From: Elsinoe ampelina
Lineage: Eukaryota
Assembly (NCBI GenBank): GCA_010093995.1
Contig: ML992504.1
Coordinates: 868,001 to 932,000 of the forward strand
Direction: 5' to 3'
DNA: 64,000 bases
The notes under the pieces were generated by a model, which saw nothing but the letters and a program-made list of their open reading frames with translations, was not told the DNA's origin and made no database searches. The position numbers were made by a program, and so were the translations under genes. Positions 15,715 to 29,400 of the stretch are shown piece by piece (the first letter of the stretch is position 1; every line of letters begins with the position of its first letter).

Positions 15715-16268
15715 GCCGAAATGTAGTGGCGACTTCATCGTTGGTCACGGGGACCTGCCCTGAACGTACGAGGAGAGCGGGCTGGTTCCTTCTTCTCAAT
15801 GAAATACCCAGAGAAACAGCTCTGTGGACCAGGACACGAGGTCCATAATGTTTACGCTAACGATCAAGATGACTCTGACGGTGCACACTAACCGTACCTG
15901 TATGAGTTTTAGTTTTCTTAGTAGTTCAATGGCTACGTAGTCGAAGTCGGCGGTATTAACAAACATCGCAAGCTATGTTATATACTAGTCGTGTGAAGCT
16001 CGTCATTTGCGGGTTGTGATGACCATTTATTTCTAATATGTTCCGAGCGTGCTTGTAAGATACTGTAGACTGTGTTTCCAGCGGTGCGGCTCAAGTCAGA
16101 TCACCCTAGACCGTGTCGGGAATAGCGGTAGATCATGATCTCCAGGGTGCAGCACTTTTGTTCTTGAGCCTCGACCTGGAGAGCGCCACGAAGGGGGTTC
16201 CGGTAGTCCTTTCCCACCATTTTCCCTTCGGCGCAATTCCTGCAAGCATCGAGCGCCTTACAGCGACC

Positions 16269-17548
16269 ATGGGCGGTATCAATATCGCCGAATGGCGGCG
16301 ATTGCCTATGAGCCTCAGCGAGCTCTGCATCAACACTACACTTCGCTGCGGGCAATCATTTCGGTCAGCCTTTGCGCTTCTTGCTGCTCTCTCCATACTA
16401 ACGTGTCCAGCTGGCGCAAATCTGACTCGGGCGTGTGGTCTATGGCACTTCATGGCCGTATCATCTCGCTCCATCAAGATCCCACCCACCTATACTACCG
16501 CTCGCACTACCCATCCGCCCCGACTGCCCCGCTCACGCCTCCCTCGTCCGTTGCATCTGAATCCCTCGACAATGCCAAAGATGATACGCTTTCACTCCTG
16601 CAACACTATCTCAACCTTACCCCGAATCTCACTTCCCTGTATGCCGAATGGTCCTCAGCAGATGTCAACTTCGCAGCACGCGCCCCCAAGTTCACCGGCA
16701 TAAGAATACTTCGGCAAGATGCATGGGAAGCTCTTGTAGGGTTCATATGCAGCTCCAACAACAACATCGCAAGAATAAGTCAAATGGTGGACAAGTTATG
16801 TCGGTATTACGGACCATACGTGGGCACTGTGGAAGGAGAAAAGTACTTCGACTTTCCAGGAGCCGAGGCTCTGTCGGGGGATGGCGTCGAGGCGCGACTT
16901 CGGGAGCTAGGATTTGGCTATCGAGCGAGATATCTGGCTGAGACTGCGAGGATGATACTGGAGAAGGAGGATGGCTGGCTGGACGGGTTGAGGAATCCTG
17001 AGGCGCCGGTACTGGGAACGAAGGTACGAGATGCTGGAGAATGGAAAGCGGAGGGAAGAGATGGATATAGGACTGCACATGAAGGTCTGCTCGAGCTGCA
17101 AGGTGTCGGACCAAAGGTGGCCGACTGTGTGTGCCTTATGGGTCTGGGCTGGGGTGAAGCAGTCCCTGTGGATACCCACGTGTGGCAGATCGCACAGAGA
17201 GACTACAAGTTCGGAAAAGGCAAGCACAGTAGCTTGACCAAAGCTACCTACGATGCTGTTGGCAACAAATTCAGGAGTCTCTGGGGCAAGGAGGCAGGGT
17301 GGGCACATTCTGTCCTATTCACTGCAGATCTCAGAGCGTTTGCGGAGCGGTTGGTAGTCAAGAAAGAGACACGGGAGGAGCAAGTCATACCGATCAAGAA
17401 AGAAGAAGGTCAAGAGGAGGAATTCGAGATCAAAACGGAAGAGACGAAGGTGTTGGTGAAGAAGGTGAAACGAGAGCATGAAACTGGTGAAGCGACAGTC
17501 ACTGAGATCCAGAGTACTACACGACGGAGCAAACGAGCGAAGCGTTGA
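16269..17548 (+). CDS. OGG1: 8-oxoguanine DNA glycosylase/AP lyase, 2 exons (intron 16364-16410)
   Basis: TTLRCGQSFRW; RILRQDAWEALVGFICSSNNNIARI; LGFGYRA; HhH-GPD motif LQGVGPKVADCVCLMGL...VPVDTHVWQIA; AGWAHSVLF. Confidence 0.96.
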
Positions 17549-17872
17549 TCACTTTGGCCTGCTAGATTATTTACGGTTCTATAATGATACCCAAAATCTA
17601 GAAATTCAACTTGAGATGCAAACATCCATCTTTCACGTGCTCTGGTTGTTTGGTGTGACGTCAACCTGCACCACCAAAGCTAGAAATTCAGCAGATGCAT
17701 TTCTGCCTGACCATCACCCACATTTGATGCGATTCATTTAAACAACTGATATTTTTCAAATTCACTGTAGATTGTGGCTGAATCCTTCTAAGCTCCTCTC
17801 CTATGATACCCTGATCTAGTCGACGTGTAGTCCACTTTCTCTCACTCACCGCCCCCTCCTTCATACCAAGAC

Positions 17873-19086
17873 ATGCCGCCGAGATACTTTAAGAACGACG
17901 CGCCGATTGCAAGCAGAGGTGAGTAACCCATCAAAGAGCGAGAGATCCACTGGTTGAACCTTTCAGATCCAAACAAACAACTCGTCGCCTCACTAACCCG
18001 TCTCGTCACCCAACATCCACCAGCTGAAGTCACAGCAGGTGGCGGCCTATACAATGGGCCCATCAGTATCGCTTACCTCTTCCTCATCCTACAACAGCTC
18101 TACTCGGACCTCGTAATCGAAGACATTCTCCTCGGTACTTGGTCCGCCGCCTACCTCAAGCAAGCACAAGATCACATCAAATCCTTCCCAGGACCACGAG
18201 TCGGCAAATGCGGAATCGCAGACGACATTCTGGCGCTACTGGCGATCGGCGCGGCGAGTTCCAAAGATGTAGACATGGCGGAGCAGCTGTGTGATTACGT
18301 CGACGAAGCACTGGATCCGGAGACGGATAACGAATGGCTGTATGGTCGAGCGGGATTTCTCTACTATCTACGACTTGTCAAGGCCAGCTTTGTGGATGAC
18401 GAGAGGACGACGAAACTACTGAACGACACGGCGTCGGATGTGGTCGAGGAGATACTGGAGACTCCGCGGCCGTGGAAGTGGCATGGCAAGGCGTATGTCG
18501 GGGCGGTGCATGGTGCATTTGGTATCATCACACAGGTCGTGTTGACAGACCCGCACAAGTACGCGCCAAAAGTTGAGGCGGAGCTGGCGGTACTGCTATC
18601 GTATCAGTTTGAGAGTGGGAATTGGCCGAGCAGTCTGCCCCCAGGGAGGGATAAGCTGATCCAGGTTTGTCATGGTGCGCCGGGAGTGGTGAACTGCTTG
18701 ATGTCGATCAAGCATTACTTTCCAAACTTGAGGGAGAAGATTGAGGCGGCAATCAAGAAGGGGAGAGAAGCTATATGGGAACGAGGGCTACTTACCAAAG
18801 AGCCATGTCTCTGTCATGGTAATTTCTACCGACGTCTGATCAATTGAAAAGTTGCTGATGAATGACAGGCATCTCTGGCAATGCTCTTGCATTGGACGAC
18901 AAGGGCTGCGAGCACTTCTTAAGCTACACCACAGGCAACGAAATGAAGTCAATGGAGAAGGACGGTATGCTCGACAAATCAGACGACCCGGAAGGTCTGT
19001 GGGGAGGCGAGGCAGGTAGAGCTTGGGCATGGGCGGTGGTAGACAAGGGTCTGCCGAAGCGACTGCTTGGGTTTAATGATCTTTGA
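17873..19086 (+). CDS. LanC-like (lanthionine synthetase C-like, LanCL) protein, 3 exons
   Basis: EWLYGRAG, GAVHGAFG, QVCHGAPG and CLCHGISGN motifs (Zn-ligand Cys/Cys-His); introns 17919-17966 and 18819-18868. Confidence 0.88.
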
Positions 19087-20042
19087 GAGCGACAGCAAAT
19101 CACGACGAGATGAGCATGTTTGACGACGGTTCATGAACAATACCCAGAAATGAGATGAGAGTGAGATTAGTTGATCAATGACAGAATAGCGTTGCAATAC
19201 ATCTTGGATCTTATCGATTGTGAGTGTTTGTGTGGATTGTAAAGTCTATCCATGACTGTACCCTCAACACGAGACGTCGGGACTGGTTCATCGGTTGACG
19301 GTACGATGGCTAATCACGATGCTGAGTCGAATGATGCTTGTTTTCTGGGGTTGATCAACACGACACGTCCTGCCCGCGAAATGGTGATCAAAAGCAAAAA
19401 AGGTCGGTTGCTGGCTGCAAAGTGCATGCATCATGCATGAAATACAAGACCGTGTCCGCCACGCCGTGAATTATCGAAAGCATGCATTGCTTTTGAGACC
19501 TGTGTCGCACAAAGATGCAAAGATCATCATCGCAAAGACAAAAAGAACAGACCCGCGTTGCCGTAATTACACGAGTGGAGGTTCATCTATCTCCCGCGGC
19601 GTCTGATTGGCCGCAATCCCTCGCAGCCACTTTTCCCAATTCTGCCCTAGCGGCGAAGGAACGAGCCAGATCCTCAGCAACTCCCTCCTCCCATTCCAAC
19701 ACACTCCGTCGTCGAGGCAAGACAAGAGGAATTCTCCTGCAACTGCGTTCGCCGAGGAACCAACTCGCGCAGGGCACCGTCAACTCACCCCCAGTCACTC
19801 TTTTCTCCTGGCCTGCAGCGATTTCGTCTTCACTAATACAGCGTCAACACAAACGAAAATACTTCCCGATCGACCTTCGCGCTGCGGATCTCTTCAGCGC
19901 CGATCGCGTCTGCCACAAGAAACCAGGATCCATAGCGAGCCCTCACGTCACCGGCGACACAAGACGGGCGCACAATCTATATAGGACCCGAGTAGTAAAA
20001 TTCTTACAAAGTAAGGAGGCAGTCAGACAACTCACACATGCG

Positions 20043-23000
20043 ATGAGAACACTCGGCCGGCTGACGGGCCTGGGCACGCTCGCGGCACTCTTCAGCGCCC
20101 TTGCAGGCACGACACATGGGCTCAATTTCACACGCGCGCCGGCGCCGAACCTTGATTTTTCGCAACTGGGCCGGGTTGCTGTGGTGGGTGATTTCGACTC
20201 GATATCGATCTATGAATACGAAGGGCAGAATCAGGAGGGGTACAGCACGAATGGAAGTCAGGCGCTGCTTGGGAGATATCCCAGTGGGGAATTTGGGATT
20301 GCGGCGGCGAGCGATGGTAATATTGAGAGCATGTGTCCGTTTGTGATGCGGGATGGGAGTTTGGCAGGTATTGTGGTCGGTGGTAATTTTACGAGCTTGG
20401 GAGGTGTTGAGACGCAGGGTGTGGCTCTTTTCAACCCGAATACGTCGGAGATCACGCCGTTGCCTGGTATTACTGGAAGGGTGTCGAGTATCTACTGTGA
20501 TGCGCAATCTGCGACGGTGTATGTCGGAGGAGCCTTTACTGGAGCGAATTCGACGAATGCGATCGCTTGGGTTACTGGCTGGACGAATCTACCCTTCGCA
20601 GGGTTTAACGGACCTGTACGATCGATCACAAAGGCGCCGAATGGCAACATCATCTTTGGAGGTGATTTTGACGGACTCGGAAATGCGACTACACCGCAAG
20701 AGAGGAACAATCAAGCAATCAACATTGGATCTGCAGATGTTCGGGCAGGCAGTACCTCTACCACACCGGGTTTCACAGATCCTCGTAACATTGTCTGCAA
20801 GGACTTCACTCAACAAGGATCTAGCCAGACGTGGTTGCTCGCTGACAACAGCCCTGGCTACTGGAATGCTAAATTTGGGTTTGGCTTCAATCCGACTCTG
20901 CTGCGATTGTGGAATACCAATTATGAGGGGCGTGGAACAAAGACTTTCAGGATGACTGCTCTGCCGAATGGTGGGATTATGAATCTGACATTCGTCGACG
21001 AATCCGGTTCGCGAAGATACTGCGATGCGACCTGCCCTCTCCCGCAAGGCAACACGACTGCTCAAGACTATCAGCTGGTCAATTCGATAGGCATGAATGA
21101 AGTCAGGATCGATATCTCCGAGTGGTATGGCAATGGTGGCGGTCTCAATGGCATTCAATTGCTACAGGACGATCTTTACACATTTGCTGTCTCGAGCTTC
21201 AACGAACCACAGTGTGGATCAAGCACTTCAGGTGCAGCCAATGCGACCAGCACCGGTCCATGGCAGCAGACTCCATCTGGTCAGAGTGTGTCCGACTATT
21301 TGACCGCTTACATCAACTCTGGCACTGTGGACACGAACACGGCTCAGGTGGTCTTCCAACCAAACATCAAGCAGTCTGGCAATTACTCGATCACCATGTA
21401 CACCCCTGGCTGCATCCAAGACAATTCCTGCACGACACGCGGCACTGCTAATGTCACTGGCCGTGTCTCCTCGGACGGTCCTCAGATCTCCACCACCGTC
21501 ACACAGACCAATGATTTTGACAAGTACGACCAGATTTACTATGGCTACGTCGATGTCACCGAAGGCGGGTTTCGTCCTCAAGTCACCATCGCTCCTCAAG
21601 CCGGACAGAACATCCCGTTGACGCTCGTTGCGCAAAGAATTCGATTCGAGCTTGTCAACTCTACTGGCGGTCTCAATGGTCTCTTCGAGTACAACCCGAA
21701 TCAGGCTACTGTCAATACCGACTTCTCTGCGTCAGCTATCAACAGAGCTGGCATGGCTGTAAGCATGGGTGCTGTCATCAACGGACTTGCTGTTGTCGAT
21801 CAGAACCTTTACGTTGGCGGCAACTTCACCTCGAATGGTGGCAGCTCTTCGGGCATCAACAACATCTTCAGCGTCAGCGGTAACAATGCCACATCACTGC
21901 CAGGGTCGGGTCTCAATAATGCCATCGAAACGATCTACCAGAACGGATCAACGCTGTACATTGGCGGTAACTTCACCAACACAGCGGATAACAACGTCGA
22001 AGGTCTTGTCGGCGTTGCTGCCTTCTCTGTCTCTGACAATCAGTGGAGGCCTCTCGGTGCCGGTGTCAACGGGACAGTGTCGAATATTGTCCCTCTCCAG
22101 ATCAACGTCACTTCCGGCAATCTTCAAGATGCCATTGCTGTCTCAGGTCAATTCAGCACAGTCAACGGCTTTGGACAGAATGCTTCCTTCGCCGCTGATG
22201 GTATCGCTATCTGGCTGCCATCACGAGGGAACTGGTTAAGCAACATTGATGGATCGGCCATTTCCTTCAGCGGACACCTGGTGGCTCAGACGAACGTGCC
22301 GAATAGTGCACCTTTATACGCCGGCTCCGTCACGTCAAGCTTGCTGGGTCTTTCCGGAGCAGCCGCTCTCACCGGCAACGGCCAACCTCGTCTCGTTTCA
22401 ATCGGCTCCACGATTGATACTAATGGCACCGTCAGTGCCGGCAACGCCACCGGTCTCTCACCTAGCTACACTGGAGTCATGACAGGTCTCTTTTTGCAGC
22501 GCAACAATGTCAACATTACCGCGCTTGGTGGTCGCTTCACCGCACGTGGTTCAGACGGTCCGATCAACAACCTTGCTATCATTAGTGGCGGTGCCAATGG
22601 CCGTGTCTCGGGTCTTCCATCTGGCATCGATGCAAACTCTACGATCATGTCCATGGACACAAGGGAGACCACTCTCTTCGTTGGCGGTCAAGTGTCAGGT
22701 CGTTTCGGTGACAACAATGTCCGCGGCTTTCTGATCTACGACCTTGCTAATAATGTACTGGCGCCCAGCCAACCGCCCGCACTCAATGGCGATGCAGTCG
22801 TCGTCAACGCTGTTGTTGTGCAGCCGAACTCTGCAAATGTCTACGTTGGTGGCAACTTCAGTCAAGCTGGGTCACTTAGCTGCCCGTCGCTTTGCATGTA
22901 CGACTCTGCAGGATCTCAATGGATGACTCCAGGTACAGATCTCTCTGGTGTCGTGACTGCAATGACCTGGGCGTCCGACACTCGTCTTGTCCTGGCCGGC

Positions 23001-23766
23001 AATCTCACCGCTGGAGGCAATATTACAACCATGGTCAACTACGACTCCAGGGCGCAGACTTTTTCTTCTTTCCCCAACGCAAATTCTCTTCCGGGACCTG
23101 TCACTGCTCTCACTCCAGCAACAGGCGATTACAACCAATTCTGGGTCGCCGGCACTGCCACAAGCAACAACTCCGTCTTCCTCCAAAAGTATGACGGCCA
23201 AAACTGGATCCCAGTTGGCGGTCTTGGCCCCAACAGCCAAGTTCGCAGTCTCCAAGTCATCTCCACCACTCAAGACCACGCCGCCTCCACGCTCGTCGAC
23301 AGGAACGAAGTCCTCCTGTTGACCGGTAGCATCAACATTCCCACTTTCGGTAACGCAAGCGCCGTGCTCTTTAACGGCACCGACTTCACTCCTTTCCTCC
23401 TCACCACCACGGCGGACAACGAGCAAGGCACCGTAGGCCGCATCTTCGTGCAAAACCCGGGGAACTTTCTCTCCACATCACGTACGTCCCCATTCTTACT
23501 TTCTCTACGATAGAATGATACTAACAAGCACAACAGGAAGAGGTCTCGCAGTCGGCTTCGTCGTCCTCATCGCCCTCGCCATCGCTCTGGCACTCATCTT
23601 CCTCCTCGTCGTGGCGGGTATCCTGATGGAACGATACCGCAGGAGAAGAGAGGGGTATGCACCCATCAAGCAGCTCTCGCCTGATCAGCAGGCGAATTTG
23701 AGCCGGGTGCCACCTGAGCGTTTGTTTGGGACGTTGGGGGAGAAGGGGGCTGCGCCGAAGATATGA
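20043..23766 (+). CDS. RAX2: Cell-polarity / bud-site membrane glycoprotein Rax2, 2 exons (intron 23482-23536)
   Basis: Signal peptide MRTLGRLTGLGTLAALFSALA; repeated YVGGNFT beta-propeller motifs; MYTPGCIQDNSCTTRG; single C-terminal TM GFVVLIALAIALALIFLLVVAGIL followed by RYRRRREGY. Confidence 0.92.
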
Positions 23767-24668
23767 GCCTCCTATGAGTGGGAAGGGACTGGCACTGCTG
23801 GACAGATGGATGAGATCATGACATGACAAAACTTGCTTTGCGCTTTAGAGGCGGAAAGGGCTTGATGCCATGGTGGAAAGAGGGGAGCTGATACCCACTG
23901 ACTCTTTTTTTTTATGTATATCGCGACCGCTAGCGAGGCGGGCATCAGCGTGGCGTTTTGGGTGTCTTATGGTGGACACATCTCGATTTGATTACCTCGA
24001 ATTACACGCTATGGAAAGGGATGTAGGGAGAGGGAGTGTGTATATATTTGTGGTTGAAGAGGGGTGCGGAATGGGAGGTACATACTAGCTACAGAGGGGA
24101 AGAGAGCAAGGAGAGGTATATGGCGAGGGGAGTAATGTCTATCGAGAGAAGAATGCAACGGCTGTTCATCCAAAAATCAAGAGAGTAGTGGTGTGGGTAG
24201 CAACGTGCATCACTTGGGTTTAATCGCAGGATGACTAAGCTTGACGACTGGTACCTGGTCCATGTCTTACGAGACGAGCACGATGCTGCCAACACGCAAT
24301 CTGCAGGTGACTTCCTCCAATCTCCTGATAGCCTTTGGTTTCCCAGATATATCTGCTCCTCCGATATCTTGTCACGGATGATGTGGGCATCCGTACATTC
24401 ACATTCTAGGAAGTACATCAGACCATTACTGAACGCGAAGGCAGCACTCAAGTCTCACCACGAGTCTATGCACCCACCACGGCCACTGTTCGATAGAGCC
24501 TTCAGTCGACTGGGAGCGACAGTGGAATCGCACTCAGCTTTGACGGTCTACGATTTCTTGTCTCAGACAATTGGCCATAATGCCTCCAGGGCACGGAAAA
24601 AAAAAATCCACGTTTGGATGCATGCCGCACGTCGGTCAAAGATACAAGATGCAAGAGAGCTACAGTCG

Positions 24669-26099
24669 CTATTTACAAGTCGTCCGCCGCGTCGCTACCC
24701 CGACCTGCCAGCTTTCTCTCCCACAAGGTGCAGCAGTACGTGCAAATTCAAGCACGCGGGCTTGCATCCAGTACGACCGTGTCCCATTGCTTCGCGTGCC
24801 CAGCCGCGGATCGACTCGTGTCTTGCACTGCTTGGTCTGCATCGTGAAAGAGTACTGCTTGCAGTCGGGTTGGACTTCGCATTTGGCTCGGCAGGCCTCC
24901 ATACTGGTGGCGTCCTGCTCGTCGTTGTCGCTGAGGTTGTCCCAGTCTGCTTTGCCGGTCATCATTTGAGGGAGGACAAAGTCTTTGAAAATGTCTCCGT
25001 GGGTCAGTGTGTCTGTGCGCTTTGGGGGTGTCAGCTGCTTGGGAACAGAGGTTATAAAGACCACATGACTCACATTCGGATTGGCTGACAGCCAGCGCTG
25101 CTCGAAGACCCACAAGTCTCGGATCATTTCCGGGGACATATGGTGGTAGGAGATGGTGGGGTAGCACCACTCTCGTAGAGATGCGGCTGGGGCGTAGCGG
25201 CCGTCTGGGCCGGCATAGGCTACTAGGCCAGGGTAATCGCCTTGGAAGTGCGGCCAGGCATCTGTGGTAGGCACTCCTGCGTCATTGAAGGCTTTCCCAA
25301 GGATGAAGTCGCCTGCCCACTCTCGGTCGGTGAGAGCCTCAATCTCGCTCTTGTGAGCGGCATAATGCTGGGTGACTGCCTGCATCGCTGGGTGTGATAC
25401 AACGAAGCCGGATCCTCCGTGAGCAAAGAGATGGTTTCCGAGACAGGCGCCCGCGCCGACGTAGTGTGCTTTGGTGTGGTCCAACAAGCTCAGATACTGT
25501 AGTAACATTGGCCATAGTAGGAATGTATCGGCTTCGACGAAGACGTACCATTTCATGTTCGGATACTTGTGGAAGGTTGTGTTGACCATGGGCATGAATT
25601 TCCACTTATCGAGCTTCCAGCCGGGATTTTGGACATGCCCACTCATGTGGTCGAGCACAGCAGGTGATCCGCTCAATTCCGAAGTATTCAGTGCAGCCCT
25701 GCCATGGCTCTTGAGTCGTCTGTAGAGATCAAAGTCCTTGTGGTTCTCCCGGATGTTGATATCCACGGATTCTAGAGCGTCCAAAATGTGTTCGCCATGA
25801 TAATGCTCTTCCAGATCTGAGAAGACTAGATGATGCTTATAGCACTGCAACGTAGTCGACCGATGCACAGGGAATCGATGATCCAGTTCGGTAGATCCGG
25901 TTCTTAGTATGACCAGAATATCATTTGTGCCTGGCAGATCCCAACAAGGGGAAGGTACAGGGCCTCGGTTTGCTTCACCAAGAATGCGGATCTTTGCAGA
26001 GTCGAACAGAGTTCCCGAGTACCAAAACCAGCAGAGCAAGAGGACGAAGAGGACCGAGATTGAACAGCCGCCTCTTCTTGTCCCTTTCGCATAGAGCAT
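24669..26099 (-). CDS. Glycosyltransferase family 31 (Fringe/C1GalT-like), type II membrane protein; probable 54-nt in-frame intron 25073-25020
   Basis: N-terminal TM (ISVLFVLLLCWFWY); GWKLDKWKF; KWYVFVEADT; FAHGGSGFVVS; WAGDFILG; SYHHM; C-terminal Cys-rich PAN-like CRAKCEVQPDCKQYS. Confidence 0.9.
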   Translation of the reverse strand: MLYAKGTRRGGCSISVLFVLLLCWFWYSGTLFDSAKIRILGEANRGPVPSPCWDLPGTNDILVILRTGSTELDHRFPVHRSTTLQCYKHHLVFSDLEEHYHGEHILDALESVDINIRENHKDFDLYRRLKSHGRAALNTSELSGSPAVLDHMSGHVQNPGWKLDKWKFMPMVNTTFHKYPNMKWYVFVEADTFLLWPMLLQYLSLLDHTKAHYVGAGACLGNHLFAHGGSGFVVSHPAMQAVTQHYAAHKSEIEALTDREWAGDFILGKAFNDAGVPTTDAWPHFQGDYPGLVAYAGPDGRYAPAASLREWCYPTISYHHMSPEMIRDLWVFEQRWLSANPNVSHVVFITSVPKQLTPPKRTDTLTHGDIFKDFVLPQMMTGKADWDNLSDNDEQDATSMEACRAKCEVQPDCKQYSFTMQTKQCKTRVDPRLGTRSNGTRSYWMQARVLEFARTAAPCGRESWQVGVATRRTTCK

Positions 26100-26405
26100 C
26101 TCGGTCGTGCTTGGATCCAACCCGCCGTGAGCGAGAATCAAGCAGCAGACAGTGCATTTTAGCCGCACAATCGCTTGTGTGGAGTCCGAGCGGCCTTTTG
26201 ATCGGTGAAAGATGTAATGTGTTACAAAAAGAAGTGCGGACAGAAGCAATGAGATGTCTGATGGGTGCGAACCTACCGTGCAGCGCTGCAGACCATGCCA
26301 CCGGGCCATGTCCTTGCTCATGGTGGGGGACAGTGATTGTCCAATCGCCCTAGCTTGTTGTAACTGGCAAATCGGATCGAGAGACGTGTATTTCATTCAG
26401 TGAGT

Positions 26406-29400
26406 TATAATAACCGATTATCTACTATGCGTATACTAACTTATTAGTACTAGTTCTTTAGTACTAGAGAAGCTATACTAGTCTTCTATTATAATACTTC
26501 CCCTCTAGTATAGGTTATTAAAGCTAAAGAACTACCTATTATATATAAGTAAAGTAATTAAGTTATTACTTTATCTTATTATAATTATATATAATTATTA
26601 GTATTAGCTAATTATTAGTAGGGGTTTACTATTAGTTTAGCTTATAGTTATAAATAATAATAGTAACTATTAATAATAGCTAGGTAGTTATTATTCTATT
26701 ATTCTATATAAATAAACTAGCTTATAAATCTTAATAAAAGAGATATAAGTATCTAACTAGCTTCTTTATAGTTTCTCCTTTCTTTATTATACTTTATAAT
26801 AATAGCTTACCTTTTTATACTTTACTTTTATACCTCTTATAGTATAAACTAATAGCTTATAGTATAAGTACTACTATTTAACTAAGTATTAGTAGTATTA
26901 CTACTAGTACTAGAGTACTAGGTAGTCTACTAGATAGTAAAGGTAAAGAGTATAATCTTCCTTAGTCTAGAGATTTAACTAGTTTTAATATAAATAAATA
27001 AAGTACTATAAAGATTATTACTAGACTAAATACTCTTAATATATTATTTCCTATTTAGTCTAAGAAGTAATACTAACTTATTATAGCTAAGACTAAGTAA
27101 GCCCTTACTTAGAAGCTTACTATAAGTATCTAGAATAACTTTACTAGACTTAAGGATCTTAGATACTATAATTATAACTTATTAAACTTAGTCTTTAAGT
27201 CTTCTACTATTTAGGCTTTTAGTACTAGTATCTTAGATCTTCTAGTTATAGCTACTATTTAAGTAAATAACCTAACTAAGGTAATTAACTTAACTAGTTC
27301 TCTAATATATATAGCTACTTTAATAAGAACTAATACTATAGAAAGAGTTATTTACTATAGTATTAACTACTATACTAAGTATTAGAGCTCTACTCTAGGT
27401 AATAATAATAGTCTTAGTAAGGCTAGTAAGTTTAAGTAGTATATTATAGTCCCTAGCTAGTTCTATAGTACTTATATTAACTATACCTATAATTTATAGT
27501 ATAAGACTTACTTTCTTATTTAGTATACTTTTACTCTAAGGCCTTTAAAGGAAAATCCTAGTATTTTAAGTAGTTTAAGACCTATTACTTAGCTTATTTT
27601 ATATAGCTTAATATATCTCTTAACTAAGCTTTTGAAGTCTTCTTTATTTAGTAGTACTCTACTTTAAAAGTTCTTACTAAGGCCTACTTCTTCTTGTAGT
27701 AGGCCTACTAATATTATTAATAAGTCTTTAGTTTATCTTAACTTATATTATTTTATTATAATCCTTATAGATTTTAATAATCTAGCTAATCCTATATAAG
27801 CTAAATTATAAGCCTTATAGGTTATTATAGCTAGATTTACTATAAATATAGCTAAGATTATATCTAATAAGAGAGGTAGTCTTTTTATTATTTACTTCTT
27901 TACTTTACTAAGTTTAGCTAGTAATATAGGCTATAAAAAGAATATATTTAAATCTTTATTAAAGAATAAAAGGTTAAAGGCTAACTCTAATATATTAATA
28001 AGTAATAAGTCTTATACTAGCTCTAAGAGTTTTAAAAGAATAAGAACTTCTTTAAGAAAGTAATTAGTAGAAGAAGCTAAATAGTTATTAATATAAGATA
28101 ATAGATAGTATTAAGTAGTAGATATAGCTTAGGTATAAGTAGCTAGTAATAAGATTATAATAGCTTTTTCCTTTCTCTCTTTTTTAATAATAAAGTAGTT
28201 TACTTTAAACTTTAAATAAATAAAATAGCTTAATAAGTAGTAGTAATATAGTAAGTATACTTAAAATAGTAATATAAATAAAATCTAAATAAGTATATAA
28301 TATAGAAATATACTAAGTAATTAGCCTTTATTAATTAGTTAAAGATCTTATTAGAAGACTTAGACTTAGTAAGTATATTAGTTAATTACTAAATTATATT
28401 AATATACTTAAGCTTAATTACTTTAAGCTTATACTACTCTCTATAGTAGTAGTTCCTTAAGTTAATATACTTTAATCTCTTATAAGTTTAATAGCTAATT
28501 TATTATTAACAAAAACTATAGTTAGACTAAGGTAGATATTAGTAAATAGTCTAAGTTTAATAATAAGATTCCTTAACTAATTAATCTTTTTATAGATCTC
28601 TATTAAAGTAAAGTACTTAATCTTAATACTTAATAGTATAATAATCTTCTATAATCTTAATTTCTAGATAACTAGTATACTAAGTATATAGATAATAGTA
28701 CTAGATATAGATCTTACTATTAATCTATTACTAGTAAAGTCTAAGTTAGAGTAAGCCTTAATAGTATTAACTAATAGGCTATTAACCTTCTTAAAGGTTA
28801 AATCTTTTATAATTATTTTATTAATATATCTCTAGATTTACTTAGCTATAACTATATAAGTAGTAGTTAGATTTTAAAAGAACCTAGCTAGGTAATTAGT
28901 AGTATAACTAATATTAGGCCTTATATTATTAGTTAGATACTATAATTTACTAATAATTCTATTAAATATCTTATAGTTCTAAGTATTAATTTAGCTATTA
29001 GTTAGTTTATAGAGTTAATTAATAAAATATTTTATAGTTCTTATTTAATAGAGATTATAGTCTTTAAACTTCTCTATTAAGTAATATAATTATTTAATTT
29101 TAATTATATCTTTAGTTTTATAAAGTTAGATACTAAGGAAGAAGTTTAAATTTATAATCTTTATTAGAAATTTAAAGTAAAGATTTTTAATTAACTTATT
29201 AATATACTTCTACTTAGTAGTAATAATCCTAAAATTATTAATATATATAAAAACTATATAGTACTTATTAATAAAAAAATAAGTATTACTATATAACTTA
29301 ATAAAGCTAAGTAATAGAAGTACTTTAATAATAGAATTATACTAAAAGGCTATAGCCTATTTAAGTTTATATAAGCCCTTTATAAGAATAATAAGTTTAT

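Noticed and set aside
17873..19086. Lanthipeptide/RiPP cluster built on the LanC-like gene and the KR-containing orphan protein
   Set aside because: No dehydratase or kinase, DUF3328 gene or repeated core peptides nearby. Stand-alone LanCL genes are common in eukaryotes.
19515..20042. 176-aa N-terminal extension of RAX2 in the ORF track
   Set aside because: The signal peptide starts at ATG 20043; the upstream part looks like open 5' UTR/promoter.
26100..26396. N-terminal extension of the GT31 ORF
   Set aside because: The type II TM anchor follows ATG 26099; the upstream frame has no recognisable features.
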